From contig JAGGVR010000147.1 in the NCBI GenBank assembly GCA_021157925.1, forward strand, positions 1-60,836: 60,836 nt of DNA. Direction: 5' to 3'. The notes below the pieces were generated by a model that was given only the letters and a program-made list of their open reading frames with translations, did not search any database and was not told where the DNA came from. The DNA is from Staphylothermus sp. GTDB taxonomy: Archaea; Thermoproteota; Thermoprotei_A; Sulfolobales; Desulfurococcaceae. Shown here one piece after another: positions 1 to 10,086 of the stretch; positions within the stretch are counted from its first letter, which is position 1; each line of letters begins with the position of its first letter. Made by a program: the position numbers and the translations under genes.

Positions 1-2
1 AT

Positions 3-284
3 AAGACCAAGATCTATTCTGGTCCTTTAAAGAATCCTGAAGAGTGGCGATTATTATTTGATGGCGGAGACCATAGAGTCAAACCTATAGGGTTCTATGG
101 AAAAGATGCGTATTTAATATATTATGATAGAGGAGGGCTTGGAAGAATTGTTAAGGTATCTGATAATAGAGAGATTAGTGAAATAATTAGCGAGGACAAA
201 CACCCGTTACGTAAAGGAGTATTATATAAGGATAAATTGTTTCTAGAATATCTTGTTGACGCCCATAGCGATCTAAGAATATAG
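3..284 (+). pseudogene. Upstream (beta-propeller) part of a prolyl oligopeptidase gene. It runs off the window start and is cut off from the catalytic-domain ORF by a frame change.
   Basis: Frame 3 is open from nt 3 to TAG 282-284 (..GKDAYLIYYDRGGLGRIVKV..LEYLVDAHSDLRI*). The sense continues in frame 1 (EYSLGGELIKQY..), which is open from nt 277. Confidence 0.6.
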
Positions 285-285
285 T

Positions 286-1221
286 TTGGGGGGTGAATTA
301 ATTAAGCAGTACAAGTTTAATCAACCACTCACTATTGAGTTATTAAGTTATGATGACAATAACCTTTACTTAGTGATCGAATCCTTTAATATTCCGAGAA
401 GTCTTTACACCCTCGGTGGAGACAGTATATGTCCTGTCATAGGGTATTCTAGTATTGGAGGAATAGAGGTTTCTGAAGAATGGGCTAAGTCAAGTGATGG
501 AACACTAATTCATATGTTTATCGTTAAAAACCCGGAAAAAGACAATAGCAAAGCTATTGTTTACGGATATGGAGGATTCGGTATCTCAATAACACCATAT
601 TATCTGGGGCCATTTCATGTGTTCCTCGAGGAAGGTGGCTGGTTTGTTATGGCTAATCTTCGTGGAGGAGGAGAATATGGTGAGAAGTGGCATAGGATGG
701 GTATGAAAGATAAGAAGCAAAACGTCTTCGAGGACTATAAAGCAGTCCTAACACATATTCGTAGCAAAGGATTAAAGACCATAGGGTGGGGAGTCAGCAA
801 TGGAGGACTACTCGTTGCTGCAACGCTTGTGCAGTCACCAGAACTCTTTAACGCTGCTATTATAGGCTATCCAGTGATAGATATGCTTAGATTCCATAAA
901 CTATACATAGGCAAATTATGGACAACCGAATACGGTGATCCAGATAATTCAGAAGACAGAAAATATCTCGCCAAATACTCTCCATACCATAACATCGACA
1001 AGAACAAGAAGTATCCACCAACGCTAGTCTACACAGGACTTCACGATGATAGAGTGCATCCAGCTCATGCACTTAAATTCGTTGCCCGCATGGAAAAAAT
1101 AACCTCAAATATCTATCTTAGAGTAGAAACACAAAGCGGGCACATGGGTTCATCTCCAAAGGTTAAGATCAAAGAATACGCAGAGATACTTGCATTTATT
1201 AAGAAAGCAGTAAAGGAATAA
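286..1221 (+). CDS. Prolyl oligopeptidase family (S9) serine peptidase: last propeller blade plus alpha/beta-hydrolase catalytic domain
   Basis: The translation has the nucleophile elbow GWGVSNGG (GxSxGG), an acid residue in GLHDDRVHP and His in QSGHMG. The order Ser-Asp-His is typical of S9 peptidases. Confidence 0.85.
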   Translation: MGGELIKQYKFNQPLTIELLSYDDNNLYLVIESFNIPRSLYTLGGDSICPVIGYSSIGGIEVSEEWAKSSDGTLIHMFIVKNPEKDNSKAIVYGYGGFGISITPYYLGPFHVFLEEGGWFVMANLRGGGEYGEKWHRMGMKDKKQNVFEDYKAVLTHIRSKGLKTIGWGVSNGGLLVAATLVQSPELFNAAIIGYPVIDMLRFHKLYIGKLWTTEYGDPDNSEDRKYLAKYSPYHNIDKNKKYPPTLVYTGLHDDRVHPAHALKFVARMEKITSNIYLRVETQSGHMGSSPKVKIKEYAEILAFIKKAVKE

Positions 1222-1432
1222 ATAATAAAAGTTGAAATACGATTCAGTCTTATATTTTTCTATTCACATCGCCATCATGAATACTTGGGTCGATAAATTT
1301 CATTACATATAAAGAATCATTTTACCATAATTGGTATTAATTGTAAACTATCCAAAGAACTGCACTAATATAGATCAAATATAGATGCGAATGCCCTGAA
1401 CTTTGTACTGCATGCTTATAGGTTATAGTTTC

Positions 1433-2050
1433 TTAACTCATTTGTTCATTCCACAAATGATACTGTAGCTTAATTTCAATTATTATCTGACCTGTTATGT
1501 TTGTTACATCTATTCTAATCCATATAATTCCTTTCCAATCCGGATCAATATTTAAATTGTTAGTACTATTTGGTAAGGGAAGATCACAAGGATCTATTCT
1601 TCCCCATACGGGTAGGTAACCTATGCCAGTCTTATAAGGTCCGTAGTAATAATCCTCATCCTTCGCGTTTTCATATTCACCAACTATATTAACACTAGGA
1701 GAAACTAATCTTATTGGAACAGTTCCTTCATTAGAAAAAACTAATCCTATCCACAGTGATACATTATTTTGTTCAGTAGTACATTCTCTATAATTTAAAC
1801 TAATAATAAATTCTGATTTACTGACACTTATATTAGCGTCGTCCTCGTCAATTCCACGATACATACAGCCAGAATGATGAGAACGGATACATTCATCTGA
1901 TATAAATACTTTATAGGACCCAATAACTGGATCGGTGTTTCCAGTACTTATATTAATATTGGCTTCCAAGTTCCTAAACCACATACTGTATCCAGTCAAT
2001 GTACTAGTCATAACAAAAGCGATAATGAATAATATTATGATTTTATTCAT
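1433..2050 (-). CDS. Hypothetical secreted protein with an N-terminal hydrophobic signal or anchor
   Basis: ATG start. The N-terminus MNKIIILFIIAFVMTSTLTGYSMWF is followed by NLEANINISTGN, which resembles SipW/TasA-type signal regions. I recognise no other motif. Confidence 0.5.
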   Translation of the reverse strand: MNKIIILFIIAFVMTSTLTGYSMWFRNLEANINISTGNTDPVIGSYKVFISDECIRSHHSGCMYRGIDEDDANISVSKSEFIISLNYRECTTEQNNVSLWIGLVFSNEGTVPIRLVSPSVNIVGEYENAKDEDYYYGPYKTGIGYLPVWGRIDPCDLPLPNSTNNLNIDPDWKGIIWIRIDVTNITGQIIIEIKLQYHLWNEQMS

Positions 2051-2224
2051 ACAACATCAACATAATAAAACCTTATGATTATGAATGGAATTCGATTAAT
2101 AAAATAATACTGTATCAATCCGATATACAATAAATATGTAAAACACATACTCAAAAACAACTAGACTGCAACGAATACTAAGTTTAATATATTAACAAAA
2201 ATTATAATATCCTAGGCGATACAC

Positions 2225-3304
2225 TTGGAGATGACAAACCAGGTTTTCAAAACAGGAATAAAAGAACTTGATCGATTAATTGGTAAAGCTCTTATCCCAG
2301 GAAGTTTTATTGTTGTCGCCGGCCATCCTGGTGCTGGAAAAACTACTTTAGCATCATCCATTTGTTATGCTAATATGCTTGAAAATAAGAAATGCTTATA
2401 TGTATCATTTCAGGAAGATAAAGAGAAACTCTATAGGAATTTATTAAGTGTAAATATTAATTTCAAGGAAATGGAGGAAAAAGGACTATTAAGGTTTCTA
2501 AAATTACCTTTACCTGCTCAAGAAGAAGCTGTTGAGAAATTTCTTGATAAAATAATGGAGCTTATTATTAAGAATAACCCAAAAGTAGTAGTTATTGATT
2601 CAATAACACCATTACTCAGTACCGTAAGAGATAATATTAAAGCAAGAGCTCTCCTCCAAAACTTCTTCGCTGAAATCCCTAAAGAAATAAAAGGATTAGT
2701 CGTCCTCATCGCAGAAATACCTATGATGGAAGAAAAAATAATGATAGGAGACATCGAATTCGTAGCAGACGCTATACTAATATTAAAGCACCGTGTAGAA
2801 AGGAACCTACTAATTAGAGAACTCGAGATTAGAAAAGTCCGCGGCGTACCAATTAATCTCGCCAAAGTCCCAGTAGCTATTATTGAGGGAAAAGGACTAG
2901 TTATGTATGCTCCTCCGATCCTAGAGGAAGTTCCCTCTAGACCTAGAGAATTATATGAGTTTCAATGCACACGTTTGCATGAACTGTTTAAAGGAATAAG
3001 GAAAGGAGATGTAATCTATATATCCTACCCGCCAGATGATAGACCGAGCGATATTTGGTTATTTATTATAGGGCTTGTCCTGGCTTATGATTTGAAAGCA
3101 GTCATGATAAGCTATAAGAGATCATCTGAAGAGTTAAGAGAAAATCTAGTGAAGTACTTAAGAACAAAGTGTAATTGCCAAGAAAAAATAATGGAGCTAA
3201 TAAAAGATAAGATCAAATTCTACAGTATAAATCCAGCAGGAATATCTATTGGAATAAGTAGTCTTTGGGAATTAAGCATTATTGAAAAAATAATCCTGAT
3301 GTAG
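2225..3304 (+). CDS. KaiC/RecA-superfamily ATPase: N-terminal active domain plus the start of a degenerate second domain, terminated prematurely by a frameshift
   Basis: TGIKELDRLIG..GSFIVVAGHPGAGKTTLA (Walker A) and VVVIDSITPL (Walker B). The second half repeats the fold without a P-loop. Confidence 0.8.
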   Translation: MEMTNQVFKTGIKELDRLIGKALIPGSFIVVAGHPGAGKTTLASSICYANMLENKKCLYVSFQEDKEKLYRNLLSVNINFKEMEEKGLLRFLKLPLPAQEEAVEKFLDKIMELIIKNNPKVVVIDSITPLLSTVRDNIKARALLQNFFAEIPKEIKGLVVLIAEIPMMEEKIMIGDIEFVADAILILKHRVERNLLIRELEIRKVRGVPINLAKVPVAIIEGKGLVMYAPPILEEVPSRPRELYEFQCTRLHELFKGIRKGDVIYISYPPDDRPSDIWLFIIGLVLAYDLKAVMISYKRSSEELRENLVKYLRTKCNCQEKIMELIKDKIKFYSINPAGISIGISSLWELSIIEKIILM

Positions 3305-3330
3305 TAGTATTCCATAGCGTCGATCTACCC

Positions 3331-3639
3331 GTGAAAATATTTGAAGAAAAGGAATACTTTACTACATTGATGAACAAAATACTTCTATTAAAGAAGAAAG
3401 GAATAATCATAATAAGAATTGGATCTAGGGACAAAAAATACGATCTACACGCCTCTCTAGCAGATATGATTATTAGAATCGATACAGTTACGAAAAATGG
3501 TAAACTGTCTCGGGAAATCTATGTATGGAAGACTGAGTGCGTTCCGGCAGTACTTAGTAAAGAAGATTATAGTCACTGTATACATGAAGTAATGGAAAAA
3601 ATATGCCAGGTTGTCCGAAAAAGAAACATTAAACAATAA
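3331..3639 (+). CDS. C-terminal remainder of the KaiC-like gene (the frame is open from 3286)
   Basis: The -1 frame reads KNNPDVVVFHSVDL.., which is the expected 'kP.vvviDs' Walker-B-like strand of the second KaiC domain. It then continues ..LADMIIRIDT... Confidence 0.55.
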   Translation: MKIFEEKEYFTTLMNKILLLKKKGIIIIRIGSRDKKYDLHASLADMIIRIDTVTKNGKLSREIYVWKTECVPAVLSKEDYSHCIHEVMEKICQVVRKRNIKQ

Positions 3640-3878
3640 TATATTCGGGACACAAAATATTATTATATGTAAATGTACCCGATGAAGAAGGAATCCGGGT
3701 ATAAACCGAAATTCAATCTATGTAGATAAGGCCCGCATCTTGAGGGTATATCATTACAACCTTCTCTATATATTTTATGTATAAATTATATTTACTAATT
3801 TTATGTCTTCGGTACAGTAATAATATATATTGAACCACGAGGATACTTATTCTAAAAAATACTTATGTGTGAAATCTT

Positions 3879-5270
3879 ATGCCCGGTAGAAAACAAGGAA
3901 AAGGATTAAAAATATCTTTCATCGGAGCTGGTTCTGCAGTATGGTCATCTAGGGTGCTCATTGATCTAATTATAAATAAGTCATTATGGGGTTGTAGTGT
4001 TTATCTGATGGATATTAATAAGGAAAGATTGAATCTCATATACGGTTTTGCAAAGAAATATGCTGAGGAGATCGGTGGTGATATTAGATTTTATAAAACA
4101 ATGGATCGTGTCGAAGCCATTAGGGATAGTGATTTTATCATTAATAGTGCTATGGCTAAGGGGCACACGTATTATGAAATGCTAAGAGAAGCTACTGAGA
4201 AGAAAGGATACTACAGGGGTATTAATAGTGTTGAGTGGAATATGGTTAGCGATTATCATACTATATGGGGTTATTACCAGTTTAAATTAGTCATGGATAT
4301 TGTAAGAGATATTGAAGAATACGCTCCAGATGCGTGGTTCATAAATGTAGCCAATCCTGTTTTCGAACTAACAACACTTATTAATAGGATGAGTAAAGTC
4401 AAAACAATCGGATTATGTCATGGCCATAGAGATTTTTACAAGATAGTAAAGGAACTTAGACTGGATCCTAGTAAAATAGAGGCTGAAATAGTTGGATTTA
4501 ACCATGTAATATGGCTTACAAAGTTCAAGTATAATGACGAAAACGGATATGATTACATAGATAGATGGATTTCTGAGGAAGCTGAAAAGTATTGGGAAAA
4601 ATGGAGATTAACTACAACAGATCCCTTTGATATCCAGTTATCACCAGCTGCAGTAGACATGTATTATACATACGGATTATTCCCCATAGGCGATACAGTA
4701 AGGGGAGGTACTTGGAAATATCACTGGAACCTTGAAACAAAGAAGAAATGGTATGGGCCAACAGGTGGGCCTGACTCCGAGATAGGCTGGATGATGTATA
4801 TGGCTTACCTCAACTTACAGTTAAAGAGAATATATGACGCAATGGCTAATCCCACTGTAAGACTTATACAAGTATTCCCTCCCAAACCCAGTGGCGAACA
4901 AATAATCGATATAATAGACTCTATTGTTAACAATAAACCGAGAAAATACCAAGTAAACATTCTGAATCAAGGAATAATTCCAGGCATTCCAGATAATGTA
5001 GCAGTAGAAGTCCCAGCTATAATAGATGCTAAGGGAATACATAGAATAAGCGTTACTCCACCGAATAATAAAATAATCAAATATGTATTATACCCAAGAT
5101 ATATGAGAATGGAATGGGCTCTCGAAGCATTCCTTGAAGGAGGAAGAGACGTACTATTAGAATGGTTACTCTATGATGTAAGGACTAAGAGCATAAAACA
5201 AGCAGAGGAAGCAATAGATGCTATGCTAAAAGTTCCTGGAAGCGAAGAAATGGCTCTACATTTTAGGTGA
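3879..5270 (+). CDS. Glycoside hydrolase family 4 (NAD+/Mn2+-dependent alpha-glucosidase/alpha-galactosidase type)
   Basis: N-terminal Rossmann KISFIGAGSAVWS, the NVANPV and GLCHG motifs, and a length of 463 aa, all typical of GH4. Confidence 0.85.
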   Translation: MPGRKQGKGLKISFIGAGSAVWSSRVLIDLIINKSLWGCSVYLMDINKERLNLIYGFAKKYAEEIGGDIRFYKTMDRVEAIRDSDFIINSAMAKGHTYYEMLREATEKKGYYRGINSVEWNMVSDYHTIWGYYQFKLVMDIVRDIEEYAPDAWFINVANPVFELTTLINRMSKVKTIGLCHGHRDFYKIVKELRLDPSKIEAEIVGFNHVIWLTKFKYNDENGYDYIDRWISEEAEKYWEKWRLTTTDPFDIQLSPAAVDMYYTYGLFPIGDTVRGGTWKYHWNLETKKKWYGPTGGPDSEIGWMMYMAYLNLQLKRIYDAMANPTVRLIQVFPPKPSGEQIIDIIDSIVNNKPRKYQVNILNQGIIPGIPDNVAVEVPAIIDAKGIHRISVTPPNNKIIKYVLYPRYMRMEWALEAFLEGGRDVLLEWLLYDVRTKSIKQAEEAIDAMLKVPGSEEMALHFR

Positions 5271-5274
5271 AAAT

Positions 5275-6216
5275 ATGGAAATAAGCATAGTATCATTTAA
5301 AGAAAAACAACTATCAATGAAAAAATTATTGAATATCATTAATTCCATGCTATATCATGACATAATAACACCAGATCTTATCAGAAACAATATTGAATTA
5401 GACCCATTTATAGATCCAAATAAGATACTATTATTTATAAACACTAGTGCAGACAAAGTTCTAGGACTCCTTTGGCTAGCTGAACCTTATAACTTGCCTA
5501 AAGAATTTAAGAAATACGAGGCCCATCTATGGGTAAAACTCCTAGGCATACTTCCAGGCTATGAAGAACTATTAGAGGACATGCTCAAGTATGTAGAAGA
5601 CTACGCTGTTTCTAAAGGGAAAGAAGCGATCCACATATATGGTTATGCACCCTATTATATTGTACCTGGGCTAAATAAACACTATGAATTAGTTGATAAT
5701 AAGATTAGAAAATTCGGTTATGAAATTATAAATAAAGTTGTTAATTATTATCTCGATACAGAACAATACTATATACCATTAAAATATTACTGGCTAATAG
5801 AAGACCTTGGAAAGAAAGGATATGAAATACGCGAAGTTTCTGATGAAAAGACATTAATTAAGACTAAGGAGTGGATCCGGAGAAATTTTGGATTAGCATG
5901 GAGCATAGAAGCTGATATAGCCTATAATAGTGAGTATGGTGGCTTAGTAATTGCCACTAAAGATTATGAAATTGTAGGGTTCAGTGTCTACAGTGGATTA
6001 ACACTTCATAGATTTGGACCAATAGGCGTATCTAAAGATCATAGGGGTATAGGGCTTGGAGAAGTACTTCTGCATTATAGTTTAGAAAGAATAAAGTTAA
6101 ATGGTTCGCCTATAATAGAGATTCCATGGACAACGCACTTATTCTTTTATGCCGGTATACCCGGGTTATATAGGATTAAGACTTATTACATATATGAAAA
6201 AAGATTAGTAAAGTAG
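5275..6216 (+). CDS. GNAT-family N-acetyltransferase domain protein
   Basis: C-terminal HRGIGLGEVLL (the R/Q-x-x-G-x-G/A acetyl-CoA loop). It starts 4 nt after the GH4 stop. Confidence 0.6.
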   Translation: MEISIVSFKEKQLSMKKLLNIINSMLYHDIITPDLIRNNIELDPFIDPNKILLFINTSADKVLGLLWLAEPYNLPKEFKKYEAHLWVKLLGILPGYEELLEDMLKYVEDYAVSKGKEAIHIYGYAPYYIVPGLNKHYELVDNKIRKFGYEIINKVVNYYLDTEQYYIPLKYYWLIEDLGKKGYEIREVSDEKTLIKTKEWIRRNFGLAWSIEADIAYNSEYGGLVIATKDYEIVGFSVYSGLTLHRFGPIGVSKDHRGIGLGEVLLHYSLERIKLNGSPIIEIPWTTHLFFYAGIPGLYRIKTYYIYEKRLVK

Positions 6217-6239
6217 ATCTTATATTTTTATATAAATCA

Positions 6240-7532
6240 TTACTTTGTTAGCGGATATTTCCTGAATATCAGTATAGCTGGTAGCAGTATTAGTCCTCCA
6301 AATATGTATACTGCTCTAATGCCTAGATCTGCTCCTTGACTATAACCAAGGAATTGTAGAAGCATCGAAGTAAGCACGCCTGCTAATCCTGCCATGGTTT
6401 TTGTTATTAGTCCCTGTGTACCGAAATATATTGCTTCACGTCTATAACCTGTTTTTTCCTCATCTATGTCTGTAATATCAGCTATGAAAGCATTAGGCAA
6501 CATCAAAAGAGGCGTTACAAACAATCCTGCAATAACCCCAATTGTTAGTAGATATATTCTTGGATCAATAGGTATTGTACCCGTTAAGGCAAGCATTAGA
6601 GTTGGTATGATAAACATCGACATTCCAAGCAAGTATAACTTCTTCTTACCCATTTTGACAGCGAGTTTCTTATAGATAGGCAAAGTAACGACCGATACTA
6701 TGATTAATGGAAAGTAAAACAACGATACATTTTCCTTCTCAAGCCCAGCGGATACTGTTACGGCATATGGTAAGGCCATCTGTAACATTGTTGTAGATAA
6801 GACTAGAATAGCTGTTGGGACAAGATAATATATGAATACTTTGTTCATAGCTGTTGCCTTAACTGCTTCTACAAGATTCATTGTTGTAGCAATCTTTTCC
6901 CTCGACTTAATCCTCTCTTTTATCGCCAATACAACAGCAAGCATACTTGTCGTTGCAATTATTGTTAATACAACGGATGTATTTAGAAAACCCAGTATTC
7001 CTAACAGTATTGGTACAATGACACCACTTATCACTAGTGATATTTGACTAAAGAAAGCTTGAAATGCTGATAACCTAACTCTTTCTTCCGTACTTGTAGC
7101 AATCTCAGGCAATAATGCAAGATATGGAGCTATAGCTGCTGTATAACCAAACCAGAAAATTCCTAGAAGAACAGCAGCGTATAAGACATTAATTATTGAT
7201 TCATAATGAACTATTGGTATCCATATTAGTATTTGACTAAGAGCCATAAGTATAAATCCTATTACTATAAATGGTTTTCTCCTACCCCATCTAGTTACAG
7301 TCCTATCACTCCAATAACCAATCAAAGGATCTGACACAGCATCGATAATTCTTCCAAATAATATAACTGTACCCATAGCAACCATAGGAGCTAATGGACT
7401 TAGTCCACTTTCCTTTGGTGGGCAATAATAATATAAAAGCCATTGGACTATTAATGCAGAACCTATTCCCATTAAGTTTCCATAACCATATAGGAGAGCT
7501 TTAATATTTGATAACTTATCCCCTTCCATCAT
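6240..7532 (-). CDS. Glycoside-pentoside-hexuronide (GPH)/MFS-type sugar:cation symporter
   Basis: About 12 hydrophobic segments and the GPH signature region DAVSDPLIGYWSDRTVTRWGRRKPF. Confidence 0.75.
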   Translation of the reverse strand: MMEGDKLSNIKALLYGYGNLMGIGSALIVQWLLYYYCPPKESGLSPLAPMVAMGTVILFGRIIDAVSDPLIGYWSDRTVTRWGRRKPFIVIGFILMALSQILIWIPIVHYESIINVLYAAVLLGIFWFGYTAAIAPYLALLPEIATSTEERVRLSAFQAFFSQISLVISGVIVPILLGILGFLNTSVVLTIIATTSMLAVVLAIKERIKSREKIATTMNLVEAVKATAMNKVFIYYLVPTAILVLSTTMLQMALPYAVTVSAGLEKENVSLFYFPLIIVSVVTLPIYKKLAVKMGKKKLYLLGMSMFIIPTLMLALTGTIPIDPRIYLLTIGVIAGLFVTPLLMLPNAFIADITDIDEEKTGYRREAIYFGTQGLITKTMAGLAGVLTSMLLQFLGYSQGADLGIRAVYIFGGLILLPAILIFRKYPLTK

Positions 7533-7617
7533 ATCCCCGACAAGAATGTGTTTTAAATAGACAAATTAACTGATTATGAGAAAAAGAATAAAAATAATAC
7601 TTTCCCTTGTACGTAAT

Positions 7618-8718
7618 TTACAAAATATCTTCTTTTACGACTAAGTAATTACTAAGAAAGGAATCATATTCTTGTTTGAACATCCAAAGTTTTTCTAGAG
7701 GAAGAACCCCTGGATCTAATTGTTTCTTTAAAGCTAGATCTATTGTTTTCGCAAATACTAAGGCAGTATACATTGTTGTCGCGAATGGTTTATCGATTCC
7801 TCCATATAAATACGATAAGTGCCTAGCAATGCTATTTTCATTCCTAGCTATTACTTCTAATATAGCAATGTCTCTTACATTCATTGATAATTTTTCTTCA
7901 AACACTCTGGCCGTGAAGATTTTCGGAGAAATCGAAACATTATCAATTTGTAAGGGTTTATCATCGAAAAAGCCTAGATCACGGAGCTTCTTCATAATGA
8001 ATAGATGATTCTTATGCCTTATAGTTATTTCAGCCATATACTTAGCTCTTATATTTTTAAGAAGAGATCTTAGCCCATCAGAATAGAATCCCTCAAATTC
8101 TCCTAATTCAGATATAGTTATTTTATGTATTTTAGTTAATGGATCAACCTGTTTAATTGTTCTATTCTCAATGATTCTCGCAGGCCTAGTATATTCTTCG
8201 ATCAGATCAACTGGGTTCCAAGTGATTACATATCCTATGGGAGGAACGGGTTCAACAGGTATTCCCCCTACATGTATAATTAATGATTCAATGTTCCTGC
8301 CTAGTTTCTCGTAGAAATAGCCAGCAACCAAATTACTGTAACCAGGTGCGAACCCAGCATCAACTATGTAAAATACCTTCTTATTCTTAACAATGTCTTC
8401 GGTTAAATACGGATCCTCTGGTATAAAGGAAACATCAACTACACTATATCCTTTCTCAAGTATCTTCCTAGTTATCTCAAAAGCTACTCTTGAAGGAAGA
8501 GCTGTTGCAATAAGTTGAGCTCCACCTAGGTTTTCGAGAATATCTTCTATGCTAGCTACTTTTTTGAAATCAACACCTAGTTCATCGACTAATTTACTAT
8601 GATCAACTTTGTCAAGCACTAATATATTGAATTTACCCATATTACTTAAGTCTTTGAGAAATATTCTAAGAGCTAAACTACCCACTCTACCTGCTCCGAG
8701 AAAGACTAAGTCAGACAT
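7618..8718 (-). CDS. Saccharopine dehydrogenase-like NAD(P)-binding oxidoreductase
   Basis: N-terminal LVFLGAGRVGS Rossmann motif and VDAGFAPGYSNLVAG, characteristic of the saccharopine dehydrogenase family. Confidence 0.65.
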   Translation of the reverse strand: MSDLVFLGAGRVGSLALRIFLKDLSNMGKFNILVLDKVDHSKLVDELGVDFKKVASIEDILENLGGAQLIATALPSRVAFEITRKILEKGYSVVDVSFIPEDPYLTEDIVKNKKVFYIVDAGFAPGYSNLVAGYFYEKLGRNIESLIIHVGGIPVEPVPPIGYVITWNPVDLIEEYTRPARIIENRTIKQVDPLTKIHKITISELGEFEGFYSDGLRSLLKNIRAKYMAEITIRHKNHLFIMKKLRDLGFFDDKPLQIDNVSISPKIFTARVFEEKLSMNVRDIAILEVIARNENSIARHLSYLYGGIDKPFATTMYTALVFAKTIDLALKKQLDPGVLPLEKLWMFKQEYDSFLSNYLVVKEDIL

Positions 8719-8784
8719 TTTTGTTCACAATATATTATCTAGTTATCGATAAATATATAGAAGTATTTTTGATGATTAGTAAGA

Positions 8785-10050
8785 ATGAACCATAATACAT
8801 TAACTAGAAAACAACTAACAATAAAGTCTTCAATTGCAACGATTCCGGGATACACTACTATGAAGCCGAAGAGCATTGATACTAAGTTATTGCTTCTCAA
8901 TTTTAATCAAGGAATCTTCTTTGGATACAATTGGGCTGTTCTTGGACCATATCTTAGGGCTTTAGGATATAGTGGACTAGTCTTCGGTGTTTTGGGTGGA
9001 ATCAGTATTTTATTCTCAAGTATTTCAACCATACTGGCTGGTATTATTAGTGATTTAAAAGACTCAAAAATTGTACTTGTTCTTGGCACAATGCTATACA
9101 GCATGGTGTTTATTTTATTCTATATACCGAGCCTACTCACTCTATTATCTGCATATATACTTCTTGGAATAGCTAATGGTTTTCTAATGACCGGCTTGGA
9201 TGTATATACTTCAAGGGTGGGCAAGGATGAGACACTACATTATACGTTTAGTTATGTTAGATCAGCTATGTCTTTTGGGGGAGCAATAGGTTCATTTATG
9301 GGCTGGTTACCTATTTTTATCTCAGTAGAAATTAGTAGAGACTTAATATCCTCATACAGAGACGCTTTTCTATTCCTACTAATCTTGTCAATAACAAACA
9401 TTATAGCATCATTAAAACTAAGAGGACTACATGGAATACTTACTTCGAATAAGAAAGCATCGCTAAGGAAAATTTTCTCATTGAAAGGACTAGGTAGATT
9501 CTATTACATTGTGATTACCAGTATCCTAATAGGTCTAGGAGCAGCTATGTCTATTCATAATATTAGTTATTACTTTGCCGCAAAATATAATGTTACAAGT
9601 GGTGAAATCGGCAGTATTTTCGGGTTGCAACAATTAATAATGGCTATAATTATGATTAAGCTACCGAATATTGCAGACAAATATGGGGGTCCTCTACGAA
9701 CGTATTTATTAACAACTATTTTTAGTATTCCATTACTTATAGCAATGACTATCGTAAACAATTACTTCGTTGCAAGCACATTATACTTGATCAGAAGCAT
9801 ATTAATGAATGTATCTAGTCCGCTTTATACAGCATTTGCACTAAGTCTTGTTCCACGAGATAAGAGAGGAATAGCAACAAGTATATTAAATTTATCCTCA
9901 CGCATTCCTACAGGTATAGGAAGAGCTATTGGTGGATGGCTACTGGATATAGACTATGAACTACCATTACGCATTACTGCACTATTATATAGCATTAGCT
10001 TAGCATTTCTTGCTTCCTGCTTTAAAGACTATTTGAGGAGAAAATATTAG
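8785..10050 (+). CDS. MFS transporter. The true start may be the internal Met near 8860.
   Basis: Multiple TM segments in a 6+6 arrangement with a central basic loop (KKASLRKIF). Confidence 0.65.
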   Translation: MNHNTLTRKQLTIKSSIATIPGYTTMKPKSIDTKLLLLNFNQGIFFGYNWAVLGPYLRALGYSGLVFGVLGGISILFSSISTILAGIISDLKDSKIVLVLGTMLYSMVFILFYIPSLLTLLSAYILLGIANGFLMTGLDVYTSRVGKDETLHYTFSYVRSAMSFGGAIGSFMGWLPIFISVEISRDLISSYRDAFLFLLILSITNIIASLKLRGLHGILTSNKKASLRKIFSLKGLGRFYYIVITSILIGLGAAMSIHNISYYFAAKYNVTSGEIGSIFGLQQLIMAIIMIKLPNIADKYGGPLRTYLLTTIFSIPLLIAMTIVNNYFVASTLYLIRSILMNVSSPLYTAFALSLVPRDKRGIATSILNLSSRIPTGIGRAIGGWLLDIDYELPLRITALLYSISLAFLASCFKDYLRRKY

Positions 10051-10086
10051 TTAAGCTAATCAAAATCTTTACATTGGGGATAATTA

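Noticed and set aside
1874-1900. AUGAUGA followed 16 nt later by CUGA (C/D-like half-mer).
   Set aside because: It lies inside, and antisense to, the 1433-2050 coding region, with no C'/D' pair and the wrong spacing. It is probably a chance occurrence.
3645-3760. CGGG/CCCG/CGGG segments able to form two mutually exclusive hairpins (UCGGG..CCCGA and UACCCG..CGGGUA), plus a GAUGA-like box downstream of the KaiC-like gene.
   Set aside because: The stems are only 5-6 bp. There is no CUGA D box at a sensible distance and the spacings do not fit a C/D sRNA. This is more economically a terminator-type hairpin or chance.
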